64,000 bases of DNA from Bacteroidota bacterium (GCA_040386815.1 JAZKET010000034.1:61236-125235), one strand, 5' to 3'. Positions 18,406-28,216 are shown, counted from the stretch's first letter. The notes: a model not told the origin generated them from the letters alone. Numbers and translations: made by a program.

Positions 18406-20420
18406 GCTTTACTTTTCAAATATTGATAAACCCAGCGTTGCGATTGTACAGCAGGCTCAGTTACTTCAACAGGTACATTTTCTATTTTTTCATTAAGCCA
18501 TACGGCTTGTACGTTATCCGTTAGCTGAATGTTAATGATATCCATCACCTCCTGCTTAATCTCCTTATCATACACCGGGAAACACACCTCAACCCTACGA
18601 TATACATTGCGGTTCATCCAGTCTGCCGAACCCATAAAAACCTCGGGCTGCCCGTTATTCTCAAAAACAAACACGCGGCCATGCTCCAGGTATCTATCAA
18701 CAATCCGTTTAATGGTAATGTTTTCGCTCATCGCTTTTGCGCCCGGTATCAGGCGGCAAATGCTGCGCACAATCAACGACACCTTAACCCCTGCATTTGA
18801 TGCATCGTACAGTTTACTGATAAGCTTGCTTTCCTCCAGGTTGTTTAATTTTATGGTGATGGCCGCAGGCAAACCTTTTTGGGCATTGACAATCTCGCGG
18901 TCTATCAGCTCAAAAAAGCGTTGCTGTAAACCAAACTGCGCTACCAGCAAATGCTCAAATTTTATCAGATCTGCCGATTTTGGCTTTTCGCGTTTACGCA
19001 GAAAAATAAACAGCAACTCCACCTCGCGCAGTATGGCCTTGTTGGCTGTCATCAATATATGGTCGGTGTAAAACTCGGCCGTATTCTCATTAAAGTTGCC
19101 GGTTGATAGCAGGCCATAATATTTTATCCGGTCATTCACCCGGCGCTTTACCAGCGCTACCTTGGCATGTACCTTTAGTGCGGTTACGCTATAAATAATC
19201 TCGGCGCCGGCGGCTTTAAGGCGGTTGGCCCATTTAATGTTGTTAGCCTCGTCAAAACGAGCTTTCAACTCTATCAGCACTGTAACCTTTTTACCTGCGG
19301 ATGCGGCGTTTACCAACGCGTTAACAATCCTTGAATCTTTTGCTACGCGATACAGGGTGATATAGATCTCTTCTACCGCCTCATCCAAAGCGGCCGCGTT
19401 AAAGAAACGCAGAATGGTATCGTACGATTGATAAGGCGTATTTATCAGCAGATCTTTGCGTTCTATCTGATCAAAAATGGCTTCGTCGGCGCTTAATCGT
19501 TTATATATCGTCGGCCATTTATCGTACTTCAAATTTGCCTGACTTAGCGGGAAAGCAAACAGATCTTTCAGGTTATGATAATTGCCGCCCTCCACCAGGC
19601 TCGATGGCTCTATCGACCAGCTTTCGCAAACCATCTGCAAAATATTTTCGGGGATACCGGGCTGGTGCAAAAAGCGGGTGGCTATACCCAGATCGCGCTT
19701 TTGCAATTGTTCTTCCACCTGCTCGGCCAGGTCGCCGGGATACTCGTCTTTCAGGTCAAGTTCCGCGTCGCGGGTTATCTTGAAGGCGTAGCAGCCGGTA
19801 ACGGCCTCATCTCTAAATAGCTTATCCAAATTATAACGGATAATATCATCTAAAAACAAGATGTAGGTTTTGTCGCCCTCGTCAACCTTATAAAACCTTG
19901 GCAAATCCGGGGGGATATTTAGCACCAGTACTTTCTCTTCGTCCCCGCCCAGGGTAATTAAAAAATACAGCTCGTTATTTTGGGGGAAGAATTTCTTTTT
20001 GGGCGATAGTTTAAAGGGGCGCAAAAAGGCCATCACCTGGCTAAAAAAATAATCGTTCAGCTGGTCTACCAATTTGGCCGGAGGCGGCTGATTAATTAAC
20101 AGGTGAATGTTACTCTCCTTCAACTGCGCTATCACTTTGGTTATGCCTTTACCAAAATCATGCTGTTGCTGCATAATCAGTTTTTGCGCTACCGAAAGCG
20201 GATCATCAACCACACTGGTGGTAGTGGTTAGTTTGCCCAGCTTATCCATAGCCTGCAGCACGGGCATACGCACCCGGTAAAATTCATCCAGGTTCGACGA
20301 GAATATCGCCATAAAATTTACGCGCTCCAGCAGCGGCACATCACTTTGCAAAGCCGTTTGCAAAATGCGCCCGTTAAAGGTGAGCCAGCTAAGGTCGCGG
20401 TCAAAAAAAGCGTAAGCCAT
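18402..20420 (-). CDS. ppk1: Polyphosphate kinase 1
   Basis: DRDLSWLTFNGRIL, SSNLDEFYRVR, TLYRV, IELKARFDEANN, LKVHAK, TGNFN, DRYLEHGR, SADWMNRN. Confidence 0.97.
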   Translation of the reverse strand: MAYAFFDRDLSWLTFNGRILQTALQSDVPLLERVNFMAIFSSNLDEFYRVRMPVLQAMDKLGKLTTTTSVVDDPLSVAQKLIMQQQHDFGKGITKVIAQLKESNIHLLINQPPPAKLVDQLNDYFFSQVMAFLRPFKLSPKKKFFPQNNELYFLITLGGDEEKVLVLNIPPDLPRFYKVDEGDKTYILFLDDIIRYNLDKLFRDEAVTGCYAFKITRDAELDLKDEYPGDLAEQVEEQLQKRDLGIATRFLHQPGIPENILQMVCESWSIEPSSLVEGGNYHNLKDLFAFPLSQANLKYDKWPTIYKRLSADEAIFDQIERKDLLINTPYQSYDTILRFFNAAALDEAVEEIYITLYRVAKDSRIVNALVNAASAGKKVTVLIELKARFDEANNIKWANRLKAAGAEIIYSVTALKVHAKVALVKRRVNDRIKYYGLLSTGNFNENTAEFYTDHILMTANKAILREVELLFIFLRKREKPKSADLIKFEHLLVAQFGLQQRFFELIDREIVNAQKGLPAAITIKLNNLEESKLISKLYDASNAGVKVSLIVRSICRLIPGAKAMSENITIKRIVDRYLEHGRVFVFENNGQPEVFMGSADWMNRNVYRRVEVCFPVYDKEIKQEVMDIINIQLTDNVQAVWLNEKIENVPVEVTEPAVQSQRWVYQYLKSKA

Positions 20421-20421
20421 G

Positions 20422-21696
20422 TTAGTTAGCTAAAGGCGCGTCGTTATGCAGCGTTGAGGCTATAATATATGCCGCCACAGCAATGATCAACCCAAACATA
20501 AATATGTTATAAGCTACTCTTAAAAAGCGATACTTCCGGCCCAACACCACGCCCTGGCTGTATACGTCCTTTATCAGCGTGCCGTATAAAAAGCCTCGGT
20601 CATCCATCACTTTAAGCATGCCGGCGGTATACTCTTCCAACCCCATTTTATAAAAATTACCAAAGAATAGCAGGTTAACCTTTTTATCGTCAATATCCTG
20701 CGTAGTAAAAGTCCCTTCGGGGATAGCCGGGCGGGTAGCCAGTATCGAAAATATCATAGACAGCAAACTCACCGTCAGCAATATAAAACTCGGTATAGCC
20801 AGGAATGCGTTTTCCTCTAGCTTACGCAACACCAAACTGATAATGGCCGACAGGATAATAGAGTTAACCGTAATTAAAATATGAGCCTTATTATCGGCCA
20901 TATCGCTCAAGCGCTGGTTATTGCCCGATGTTATTCTGAACATGGTTTCAATGCCTTTGTCCGGCTTGTTTTTTTTCTCTTCTTTCTTTTTATCTTTTTT
21001 CTCGTCGGCAATAACTACTACCGGCACAGCTTGCACGGCAGCCTCGGTCTTGCTTTCTGCTTTGGTTTCCTTTGCAGCCTCTGGCTTATCTTCGGCAATG
21101 GTTTCCTGTTGTTTTTTCATTAGTTTGTCCAGGTTTTTTTTCTGCTGATCATGCAGTAACAACTGTGCGTAATCTGTAAAATAGGTATGTGTCTGTAGCA
21201 GCTCAATATTCTTCTGGCGCCAATGGTCCTTATCAATATCCAGGTGTTTTATAATATTAAACTCCTTGCGCAGCAGCTTGCTTTTGTCGGCAAAGTCATC
21301 GGTACCTAAATGGAACAGATCAGCATCGCACATAATTTGCTGCAGCTTACCGGTAGGTTTTTGAGGGATACGGGTGGCAAGAATACAATCATGCACTTTG
21401 GCAATTACCGCTTCATCAACCTTAAGGTGTTGTAAATGCGACACGGCCAGTTCGGCACCGGCAGCTTCGTGGTCGGCTTTGTCAATCAGGTAGCCAATAT
21501 CATGAAACCATGCGGCGGTTACCACCACAAAAAAATCTTCGTTGTTAAGCTGGTAATGGTTGGCAATTTGCGTGGCGGCGTCAACAACGCCTTTGGTATG
21601 TTCCAGATCATGGTACAGCAAATCGGCATCATGATGGCCGTCAAAATACCTTAAAACGTATTGCTTAACATCGCTTAATAATTGCTGATAATTCAT
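20422..21696 (-). CDS. HD-domain phosphohydrolase fused to a Pycsar-effector-like (PycTM/DUF5706) membrane domain
   Basis: HD motifs YHDLEHT, AWFHDIGY and DADLFHLG; charged linker; MADNKAHILITVN, NLLFFGNF and KYRFLRVAY with three TM helices. ATG 21696 is preferred over GTG 21720. Confidence 0.88.
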   Translation of the reverse strand: MNYQQLLSDVKQYVLRYFDGHHDADLLYHDLEHTKGVVDAATQIANHYQLNNEDFFVVVTAAWFHDIGYLIDKADHEAAGAELAVSHLQHLKVDEAVIAKVHDCILATRIPQKPTGKLQQIMCDADLFHLGTDDFADKSKLLRKEFNIIKHLDIDKDHWRQKNIELLQTHTYFTDYAQLLLHDQQKKNLDKLMKKQQETIAEDKPEAAKETKAESKTEAAVQAVPVVVIADEKKDKKKEEKKNKPDKGIETMFRITSGNNQRLSDMADNKAHILITVNSIILSAIISLVLRKLEENAFLAIPSFILLTVSLLSMIFSILATRPAIPEGTFTTQDIDDKKVNLLFFGNFYKMGLEEYTAGMLKVMDDRGFLYGTLIKDVYSQGVVLGRKYRFLRVAYNIFMFGLIIAVAAYIIASTLHNDAPLAN

Positions 21697-21721
21697 AGAA
21701 AAGGTGTTGGTGTTGCTCACC

Positions 21722-21729
21722 CAAATTTA
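21722..21729 (-). promoter_or_regulatory. -7 element TAAATTTG for the HD-PycTM/ppk1 operon
   Basis: Matches TAnnTTTG and implies a transcription start downstream of the GTG, supporting ATG 21696. No clear -33 box. Confidence 0.5.
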
Positions 21730-21841
21730 ATGTTTATATCTGTATTTTGTTTGGTGGATGGGTGTTTTTGTGGGATGAACGTTTAAACATATTTTAAAGA
21801 CGGTTTAAACCAAGCGATGTTACCTAACATATATTTCAGCA

Positions 21842-22019
21842 AGGCTGACCCAGAGGGTCAAAACCTTTGTAGCAAAAAAAGACAAAGCTGTTATGACCCG
21901 GAGGGTCTACCCTTAACGTAAGCATTGATCCCTGTAAAACCTGCACAACGGTAGCCCCGCTGGGGCAAAAAAGAAACTGTAAATTTTTCTACAAAGGTTT
22001 TGACCCTCCGGGTCAGCCT
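21842..22019. repeat. REP/REPIN-like element A (about 36-bp terminal inverted repeats)
   Basis: AGGCTGACCCAGAGGGTCAAAACCTTTGTAGCAAAA versus the reverse complement of TTTTTCTACAAAGGTTTTGACCCTCCGGGTCAGCCT (2 mismatches); internal TGACCCGGAGGGTC copy; GTAG motifs. Confidence 0.85.
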
Positions 22020-22043
22020 ATTATTGCGGTCCGGTATTATAAT

Positions 22044-22265
22044 AGGCGTGTTCGAAACATTTTAAAAGCGACTTTTAAAAGGCGTAGCCTCGACAAATAT
22101 TGTAGCCGCGGTTTTCAACCCGTGGTATACATCATCCATCGAAAGCGAGTGCCATCGGCACGGCCCGCATTATATGGATCGTGCCGATGGCACTCGTTTC
22201 TTGTGTTTGATTTTTTCGCCGGGTTGAAACCCGGCGCTACAATATGAGTCGAGCCGCTGGCTCTT
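22044..22265. repeat. REP-like element B, copy 1 (222 bp)
   Basis: Nested hairpins including GAGTGCCATCGGCACG...CGTGCCGATGGCACTC; near-identical to 22570-22791. Confidence 0.9.
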
Positions 22266-22273
22266 TATTTACG

Positions 22274-22541
22274 GCGGTCCTCGATTACAAATTCAGACCA
22301 CCTTCAGCCACTCTGCTGCTACCAAGCTGCTCCAGAGGAGCAAAATGTCGGTAGAAAAATCCTCTTAAATCTATATTTCGCGCCGTTAGGTGCGAAACTT
22401 AGGCGACCAACGAAACCCCTGATCATAGCGGATAAGTTATGTACCTACGGCACATATAAATTACTTTATATTATTTGCTACCGACATTAAACCCCTACGG
22501 GGTTATCTTCAAATGGCTAAGGGTGTTGATGTTATCGCTTC
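22274..22541. repeat. REP-like element C, copy 1
   Basis: AATGTCGGTAG...CTACCGACATT arms and CCCCTACGGGG; near-identical to 22887-23152. Confidence 0.9.
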
Positions 22542-22569
22542 GTTTTTATGTTAGTCGGGATTTATAATC

Positions 22570-22791
22570 AGGCGTGTCCGAAACATTTTAAAAGCGACTT
22601 TTTAAGAGGCGTAGCTTCGACAAATATTGTAGCCACGGGTTTTAACCCGTGGTATTTGTAATCTATAGAAGATGGAGTGCCATCGGCACGGCCCATTTAA
22701 ATGGATCGTGCCGATGGCACTCTGTTTTGTGTTTAATTTTTTCGCCGGGTTAAAACCCGGCGCTATAATATGTGTCGAGCCGCTGGCTCTT
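22570..22791. repeat. REP-like element B, copy 2
   Basis: Direct repeat of 22044-22265 with scattered substitutions. Confidence 0.9.
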
Positions 22792-22886
22792 ATTTTCAAT
22801 TTGCAAGGTTTCGAACACTCCTGATTTGCAATCCGTGTATCCCAAAGAATAAAATCACGGCCCGGGATTACAAATTCCCACTTACC

Positions 22887-23152
22887 GCGGTCCGCGATTA
22901 CAAATCCGAACCAACTTCATGACTCTGCTGCTACCAAGCTGCTCCAGCGGAGCAAAATGTCGGTAGAAAAATCTCCCACATCTATATCCCGCGCCGTTAG
23001 GTGCGAAACTTAGGCGACTAACGAAACCCTTGATCATAGCGGATAAGTTATGTACCTACGGCACATATAAATTGCTGATATTATTTGCTACCGACATTAA
23101 ACCCCTACGGGGTTACCTTCAAGATGGGTAAGAATGTTAATGTTATTGCTTC
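22887..23152. repeat. REP-like element C, copy 2 (end overlaps the CHAT stop codon)
   Basis: Direct repeat of 22274-22541. Confidence 0.88.
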
Positions 23153-25766
23153 ATTTGTCTACGGATAACAAGCCATCCCCCCAAACCGAACACAATCGCC
23201 GCAATAGCAATTTGCAAAGGCACCCACGAATTTGCCGCCGGCAAATTCACCACCTCATCTGCCCCGGTTAACACCAGCGTATCCCAATAATATGGCAGGT
23301 ACAATGCATCGGCAGACTGCGCATGGTTTAGCCAGTTCAGCTTGGCATTGTGCAGGGCGGCAGCTGTGCTTTGGCTCTTCGTTAAACCCGCGTACATATC
23401 CGCCGTAATGCGCGCCACCGCATCGTCATTAACATTCCATAACCCCGATACCGTGGCCGCGGTACCTATAGCTATAAAACCACGCGACAGGCTGATAATA
23501 CCCTCGCCTTGTGCCAATGTGCCGTCGCCGGTGCGGCAGGCGCTTAGCACTACCAGGTTAGGCTTACGGGAACGCGCCAGCAGTTCAAACAAAAACAGTT
23601 TTTCTTTACCAAAATCAAGCGTAGGTTCATGGTTGGGGCCAGATAGGTAGGCGTGCGTGCTGATGTGCAGGGCAGCCGAATTTTCAAACGACTTAAAAAA
23701 CGAAACAGTATTTACGTCGTCATCATACAAATAATTGCCTTCAACCAATTTCTCAATAGCGGCCGACTCCTGTTTTACGGCCATAATGGGTTTATCGTCG
23801 GCACTGTTATGCGTCATAAACAAACCGCTAAAACTGCCATTGTATTTAATGAGAAAGCGTAACTCACAGTTAACTGCCTGATAAGGTAGGGCCATAGCGA
23901 CGGGGCGGGTTGAAACTTGCTATCGGTTATCAAGCCATCAAAAGACAAATAACCCAAAACATCATCAGGCACAATGCACAGTTTTTCATTTTTCTTTAGG
24001 GCGATATTTGCAAACAGCGTTTTATAAATAGCGTTCGACTGTTGAAAAAACACCTTAGGCGCGTTCACCATTCCAGCCGGACCATTACGATAAAAGGTAT
24101 CTACAAAACCGGTTACCTGCTTGCGGAATTGTTTTGCCCCATCTATGCGGTTAATTGCCCACGCCGACCGGTTTTTAACTTCAATAACATACAAAGCTTC
24201 CGCCCCGAAAAAGAACTCCAATACATGCGCATCAACAGGCAATTTCTTCAATATTTCATCTGCCGATGCTACCGAACCAACGGCCGTTTCACGATATTTT
24301 TTATTGAGCAGGGCCAAATCAAACTTCAAGGCATCTATCTTTTTTTGATATTCGGCCGGGTTGTTTTCCGTCATCATCAAACGCTCATTATAGCTAATGG
24401 CGCGTTCCATATCCAGCTTGCGACGCAGGGCTGCGTCGTTCTTGCCAGCCGCCAGGTTGTGGTAGGTTTTCTGTAGGTCATCTGCCAGCGTACGCGCCTT
24501 GGTTTGTTCGCTCACCGCTAATATCAGGTTTAGATATTTTGGCTGTTTGGTTTGCGCGTAAAGGTTGTAGGCTATTTCAATGGTTTCTTCGGCCAGTTCT
24601 TTTCCCTCTTTTTGCAGGCGTTCCTTGGTTTTATTGTCGGCAAATTCCTTGCGCATTTTATCAGTAGCCAACAGCGCATAGCGCATGTTTTCAAGCGCCA
24701 AAGCAGGCTGCTTTAGCGCCATGTAGGTAAGCGCCTTTTCATGGAAGATGTCAACCAGCTTATTCTCGCCATAAATTTTGTTTGCCGGGGTGATGTTCTG
24801 CACTGTGTTAATGCGCATAATCTGCAACGCGCTGTTTAAACAATTTAGCGCGTTTTGCCATTGCCCCTGTAAACGACATATCTTACCCAGTTGTGTAGTC
24901 AGATAGGCTTTTTCGCGCTGCCTGCCGTCAGCATAATATTTGTTAAGCAATTGCAGCGCTGTTTTAAACTCAGCTTGCGACTTATTTAGCTGGTTGGACT
25001 GCAAATAAATATTACCCAACGTAGTGTGGCTGCCCGTTAAACCATAAGCAGTTTCGCTGTCTATATTTTTTCGTGTAGCGATGTTTTTAATAAGCAGGGC
25101 TTCGGCTTGCTTTAACTCATTTTTTTGGAGCAGTATATCGGCCAGGGTATTATTCAGATTAAACCGTACTTGTGGGTCTTGCACCAGTGCCAGTCCTTTA
25201 GCTACACTTTCCCCGGCGTCATCATATCGCTCAATATTGTAGTATGATATGGCCACGTTGCTGTACAGGGCGGCTACCTTATCGGCCTCGGCAGTTTTGT
25301 TAAGCGCCGCAATGGTGTTTTGCTGTATAAAAATAGCCCGCTCATAATCGCCAAGGCGGGCGTAGTTATTGCCCAGCGGCTTTACTATGTATTCGGCAAA
25401 ATCAAACGCCGCCACGTTATGCTTTTTATAAAACGAATAAGCATCCTCATAACTGTTGATAGATTGCAAAATGTCGCCGGCCTGTAGTTGGTTATAGCCC
25501 TGGGTGGTTAGCAAGGTAAGCCAGGCTATTTGTTCATCGGCAGTCTTGGGTTGTCGCCAGGCTTGTTTGCGGGTGTCTGTTAAAAACGATTGCTGATTGG
25601 GATTAGCATTTGCGTAATCAATGTTGGCGTACAGCCATTCGGTTAAATTGTCCTGTTTTTTTAGCCCATTTAATATAGATTTTTTCGGATTTTTCTGGGC
25701 AAAACTCTGCAAACTGCAAAAGAACAGGCAAAAAAAAAGGCTGATTTTCCTAGGATTGATGAGCAT
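23143..25766 (-). pseudogene. TPR-CHAT (caspase-like) protease split by a frameshift near 23840
   Basis: ORF 25784/25766-23814 has a signal peptide, TPRs and the start of CHAT (IVPDDVLGYLSFDGL). ORF 23895-23143 has the rest, with catalytic LHISTHA and VVLSAC, SLW-like SGLWNV, PYYW and a C-terminal TM helix. The two frames overlap by 82 bp. Confidence 0.8.
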
Positions 25767-25820
25767 TGGCAGGATGTACGGCAATGCTAAAATAGGGAAT
25801 TTTCGCCAGTAAACGCGGGG

Positions 25821-25975
25821 GACTCACCCGGTCGACGCTTCGCTGGACCACCCTCTCTGCGCAAGCGCAAAGAGGGTTTGGAGAGTTTTATAAATAATCT
25901 TTCTAAATCAAAAAAGCCCTCTTTCAGACGAAGTCGAAGAGAGGACAGCGCGAGCGAAGCAATACGCGGGTGAAT
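25821..25975. repeat. Long imperfect hairpin repeat upstream of the CHAT gene
   Basis: Nested arms TCACCCG/CGGGTGA, GCTTCGCT/AGCGAAGC and CCTCTCT/AGAGAGG. Confidence 0.65.
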
Positions 25976-26218
25976 TGTCGCCTCCATATCGTCGCTTTTA
26001 CCAAATTTTGGTGATTCACGCCAACTGTTTCGCTCAGTTTTTAGCATAAGCATCAAAAATCTATAACTATCTAAACAACAATACCTTAGTCCTGTAATCT
26101 TAAAGCTTTACTGCTGTTACAAACTGTTTCACTCTATTTCATAAAACAATGACATACAGTCATTTAAATAAAAACACTGTTTCATTTGTTTCACTTTTAT
26201 TGTAAATAAAACACCTTG

Positions 26219-28216
26219 CTAAAACTTCCACGTTACGTACGTACTCGCGTTTGACGTACCCGACTTAGGATCATAAAAATACCTGAAACCAACAGACGGC
26301 CCTACCCTAACCAAGCCTACCACCACATCGGCAAAACCGGTGGCACGCACGTCTGTAAAGGTTTTGGTGATGTCTTGATTCAGGGCCTCGTAATTGCCGT
26401 TGGCCGTGCCGTTAGCACCCATCAGGGTGTAGTTGATGTTGTTTTTTAAGCGGGTACTGATGTCAACCGCCAACAGCGCGCCTACCCCTGCACCGATATA
26501 CTTGTTAAAGTTGTAGCGCAGCGATACAGGCACAATATTGATGGTTGTCACCTTGGTCGACGTGGTTTGCGTACGACCGGTGATAATATAGTTCTGCTTA
26601 CCGATGGTAGTATCCTTACGTATATTATTGACTGACCGTGTGTCTGATATCTCCTTGAAATCACTCAGGTAAATCTCGGCCTGCAGGTACTTGCCAAACG
26701 GCGAATAAGGCGCTATACTGGCCCCCAACACAATGTTGCGTTGCGTGATATAGCTGCTGCCTTTGGATTGTAACGGAAAGCCTATCCCCACAATAGCACC
26801 CGGCGACAACCCCATTTTGAACCTGCCGGCCGCACGATTGGTGTAGATGGGTTCGTTCTTGTCAAACACAATATCGGCACTGGTAAAGATGGGCAGCTTT
26901 GGTGGTTTCTCTTTAAACTTGATCTTGTACTCAACAAAACCCTGGGTCGAGTCGGCATCATTAACGCCGTCTTGCTGGGTGCCCGGCAAGTATATGTTGT
27001 TAAATATAAAGTGTACGCTATCTTTACCGGTCACCGTATTCATATAGCTTTGGTTAGCATAAGCCGCGGTACCCACCGGCACTGCAGGCTTGGTGTTGCT
27101 CACCACAATGGTTGTTGGATCAAACACCGGCGACAGGCTCACCCCTATATCCACCTTCTTGGCCGGCCCCTTGCCGGTGTTTTGAAAGCGTACTTTGTAG
27201 GTAATCTCGCGATTTTGGCCGGTCAATCTGTAGTTCATTCTCGATTTCCGGATAGACATCTTATTAGGATCATGCGATGCCACGATCTGCAATTCCATGC
27301 TAAACAGCTCACGCTCAACGGCTGGATCATCCGGGATAAAAACACCCGTCAGGCGTACAGTGGCGTTGGTGTCCTGTATCATCTCGGGCGTTGTCTTAAA
27401 GTGCATAAACACAAACTGCTCTGCCCCTGCCTTAAGGTTTTCAAAGTGCCAGGCCTGCTTGCTTTTAAAATTCTGCATCTCGGCACCAATGGCTGCGGCT
27501 TCTTTGGCCAGCAGGGCTTCGATCTCTGCTTTGCTTATGCCATAGCTAGTCGAGGCATAGTACACGGCCTGCTGCTTGTTCATCGCATTAGCTAACACCG
27601 GTTCGGCTTTCAACTCTGTCTTTGTTTCCTGGTGATAGGTGCGGGTTTCGGCCAACTCGAAGTTGTCGCTGCTAAACTCCCTATCGTTATATAAAATGGC
27701 GATGGTGCCGCTTATGGTTTGCTTCAAATTCTCGGGTTTGTTGCGGTACCCCATAATCATCATCATGTCGTCGCCGGGCTTGGGCATGCAGTTGTTCTTT
27801 AACCCTACGCTGCCGCCCATCTTAAAAAATCCTGGAATAGGTGCCGCCGCCAGCATCGCTTTTGGCGCTTTAACAACTACCGGTTTAGGGCGGGTTGGCG
27901 GGCGCTTGCCATCGTCATAGTTATTGGTGGCAAAAAGGCGTACATCAAACTTGCCGCTGTCCAGGTAGGTATGCAAAGGGTCTTTCTCAAAGCTGAATGT
28001 ACCATCGCCAAACTCCCATAAATATGTGTAAAATGGGGCAGGCGCGCCGGCAACACCACGCAGGGGGCGCAGCTCTGAGCTAAACTTAGCCTGGCTGCTA
28101 TCAAGCGTATGGTTAATAATAGCGGGAACGGTATCTGCCGGAATAAGTGCGGGTTTATCTTGAGCATGTAATTGCATAGCTATGCAAACAAATGCAAGGG
28201 CAAGGAGCTTTCTCAT
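26219..28216 (-). CDS. PKD-domain exported protein with Ig-like repeats and a C-terminal outer-membrane beta-barrel
   Basis: Signal peptide; PKD motif YLWEFGDG...HTY; YKVRFQNTG and GFVEYKIK repeat-domain motifs; amphipathic C-terminal strands ending YVTWKF. Confidence 0.8.
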   Translation of the reverse strand: MRKLLALAFVCIAMQLHAQDKPALIPADTVPAIINHTLDSSQAKFSSELRPLRGVAGAPAPFYTYLWEFGDGTFSFEKDPLHTYLDSGKFDVRLFATNNYDDGKRPPTRPKPVVVKAPKAMLAAAPIPGFFKMGGSVGLKNNCMPKPGDDMMMIMGYRNKPENLKQTISGTIAILYNDREFSSDNFELAETRTYHQETKTELKAEPVLANAMNKQQAVYYASTSYGISKAEIEALLAKEAAAIGAEMQNFKSKQAWHFENLKAGAEQFVFMHFKTTPEMIQDTNATVRLTGVFIPDDPAVERELFSMELQIVASHDPNKMSIRKSRMNYRLTGQNREITYKVRFQNTGKGPAKKVDIGVSLSPVFDPTTIVVSNTKPAVPVGTAAYANQSYMNTVTGKDSVHFIFNNIYLPGTQQDGVNDADSTQGFVEYKIKFKEKPPKLPIFTSADIVFDKNEPIYTNRAAGRFKMGLSPGAIVGIGFPLQSKGSSYITQRNIVLGASIAPYSPFGKYLQAEIYLSDFKEISDTRSVNNIRKDTTIGKQNYIITGRTQTTSTKVTTINIVPVSLRYNFNKYIGAGVGALLAVDISTRLKNNINYTLMGANGTANGNYEALNQDITKTFTDVRATGFADVVVGLVRVGPSVGFRYFYDPKSGTSNASTYVTWKF

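Noticed and set aside
12520-21720. Calling this a canonical Pycsar defence system
   Set aside because: The cyclase-like gene is large, GAF-fused, divergent and on the opposite strand 5.5 kb from the effector, and the effector carries an HD domain and is co-transcribed with ppk1. It is kept only as a Pycsar-related hypothesis.
22602-22799. 65-aa ORF as a real gene
   Set aside because: It lies entirely within repeat unit B2 and reflects palindromic sequence.
21842-23152. CRISPR array
   Set aside because: The repeats are 180-270 bp nested hairpins in only two copies, not 25-45 bp direct repeats with unique spacers, and there are no cas genes.
23830-23860. Programmed ribosomal frameshift in the CHAT gene
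   Set aside because: No slippery heptamer, homopolymer run or downstream stimulatory structure is evident. A deletion or assembly error is simpler.
25787-26056. 89-aa ORF as a real gene
   Set aside because: It spans the 25.8-kb hairpin repeat and has no protein-like motif.
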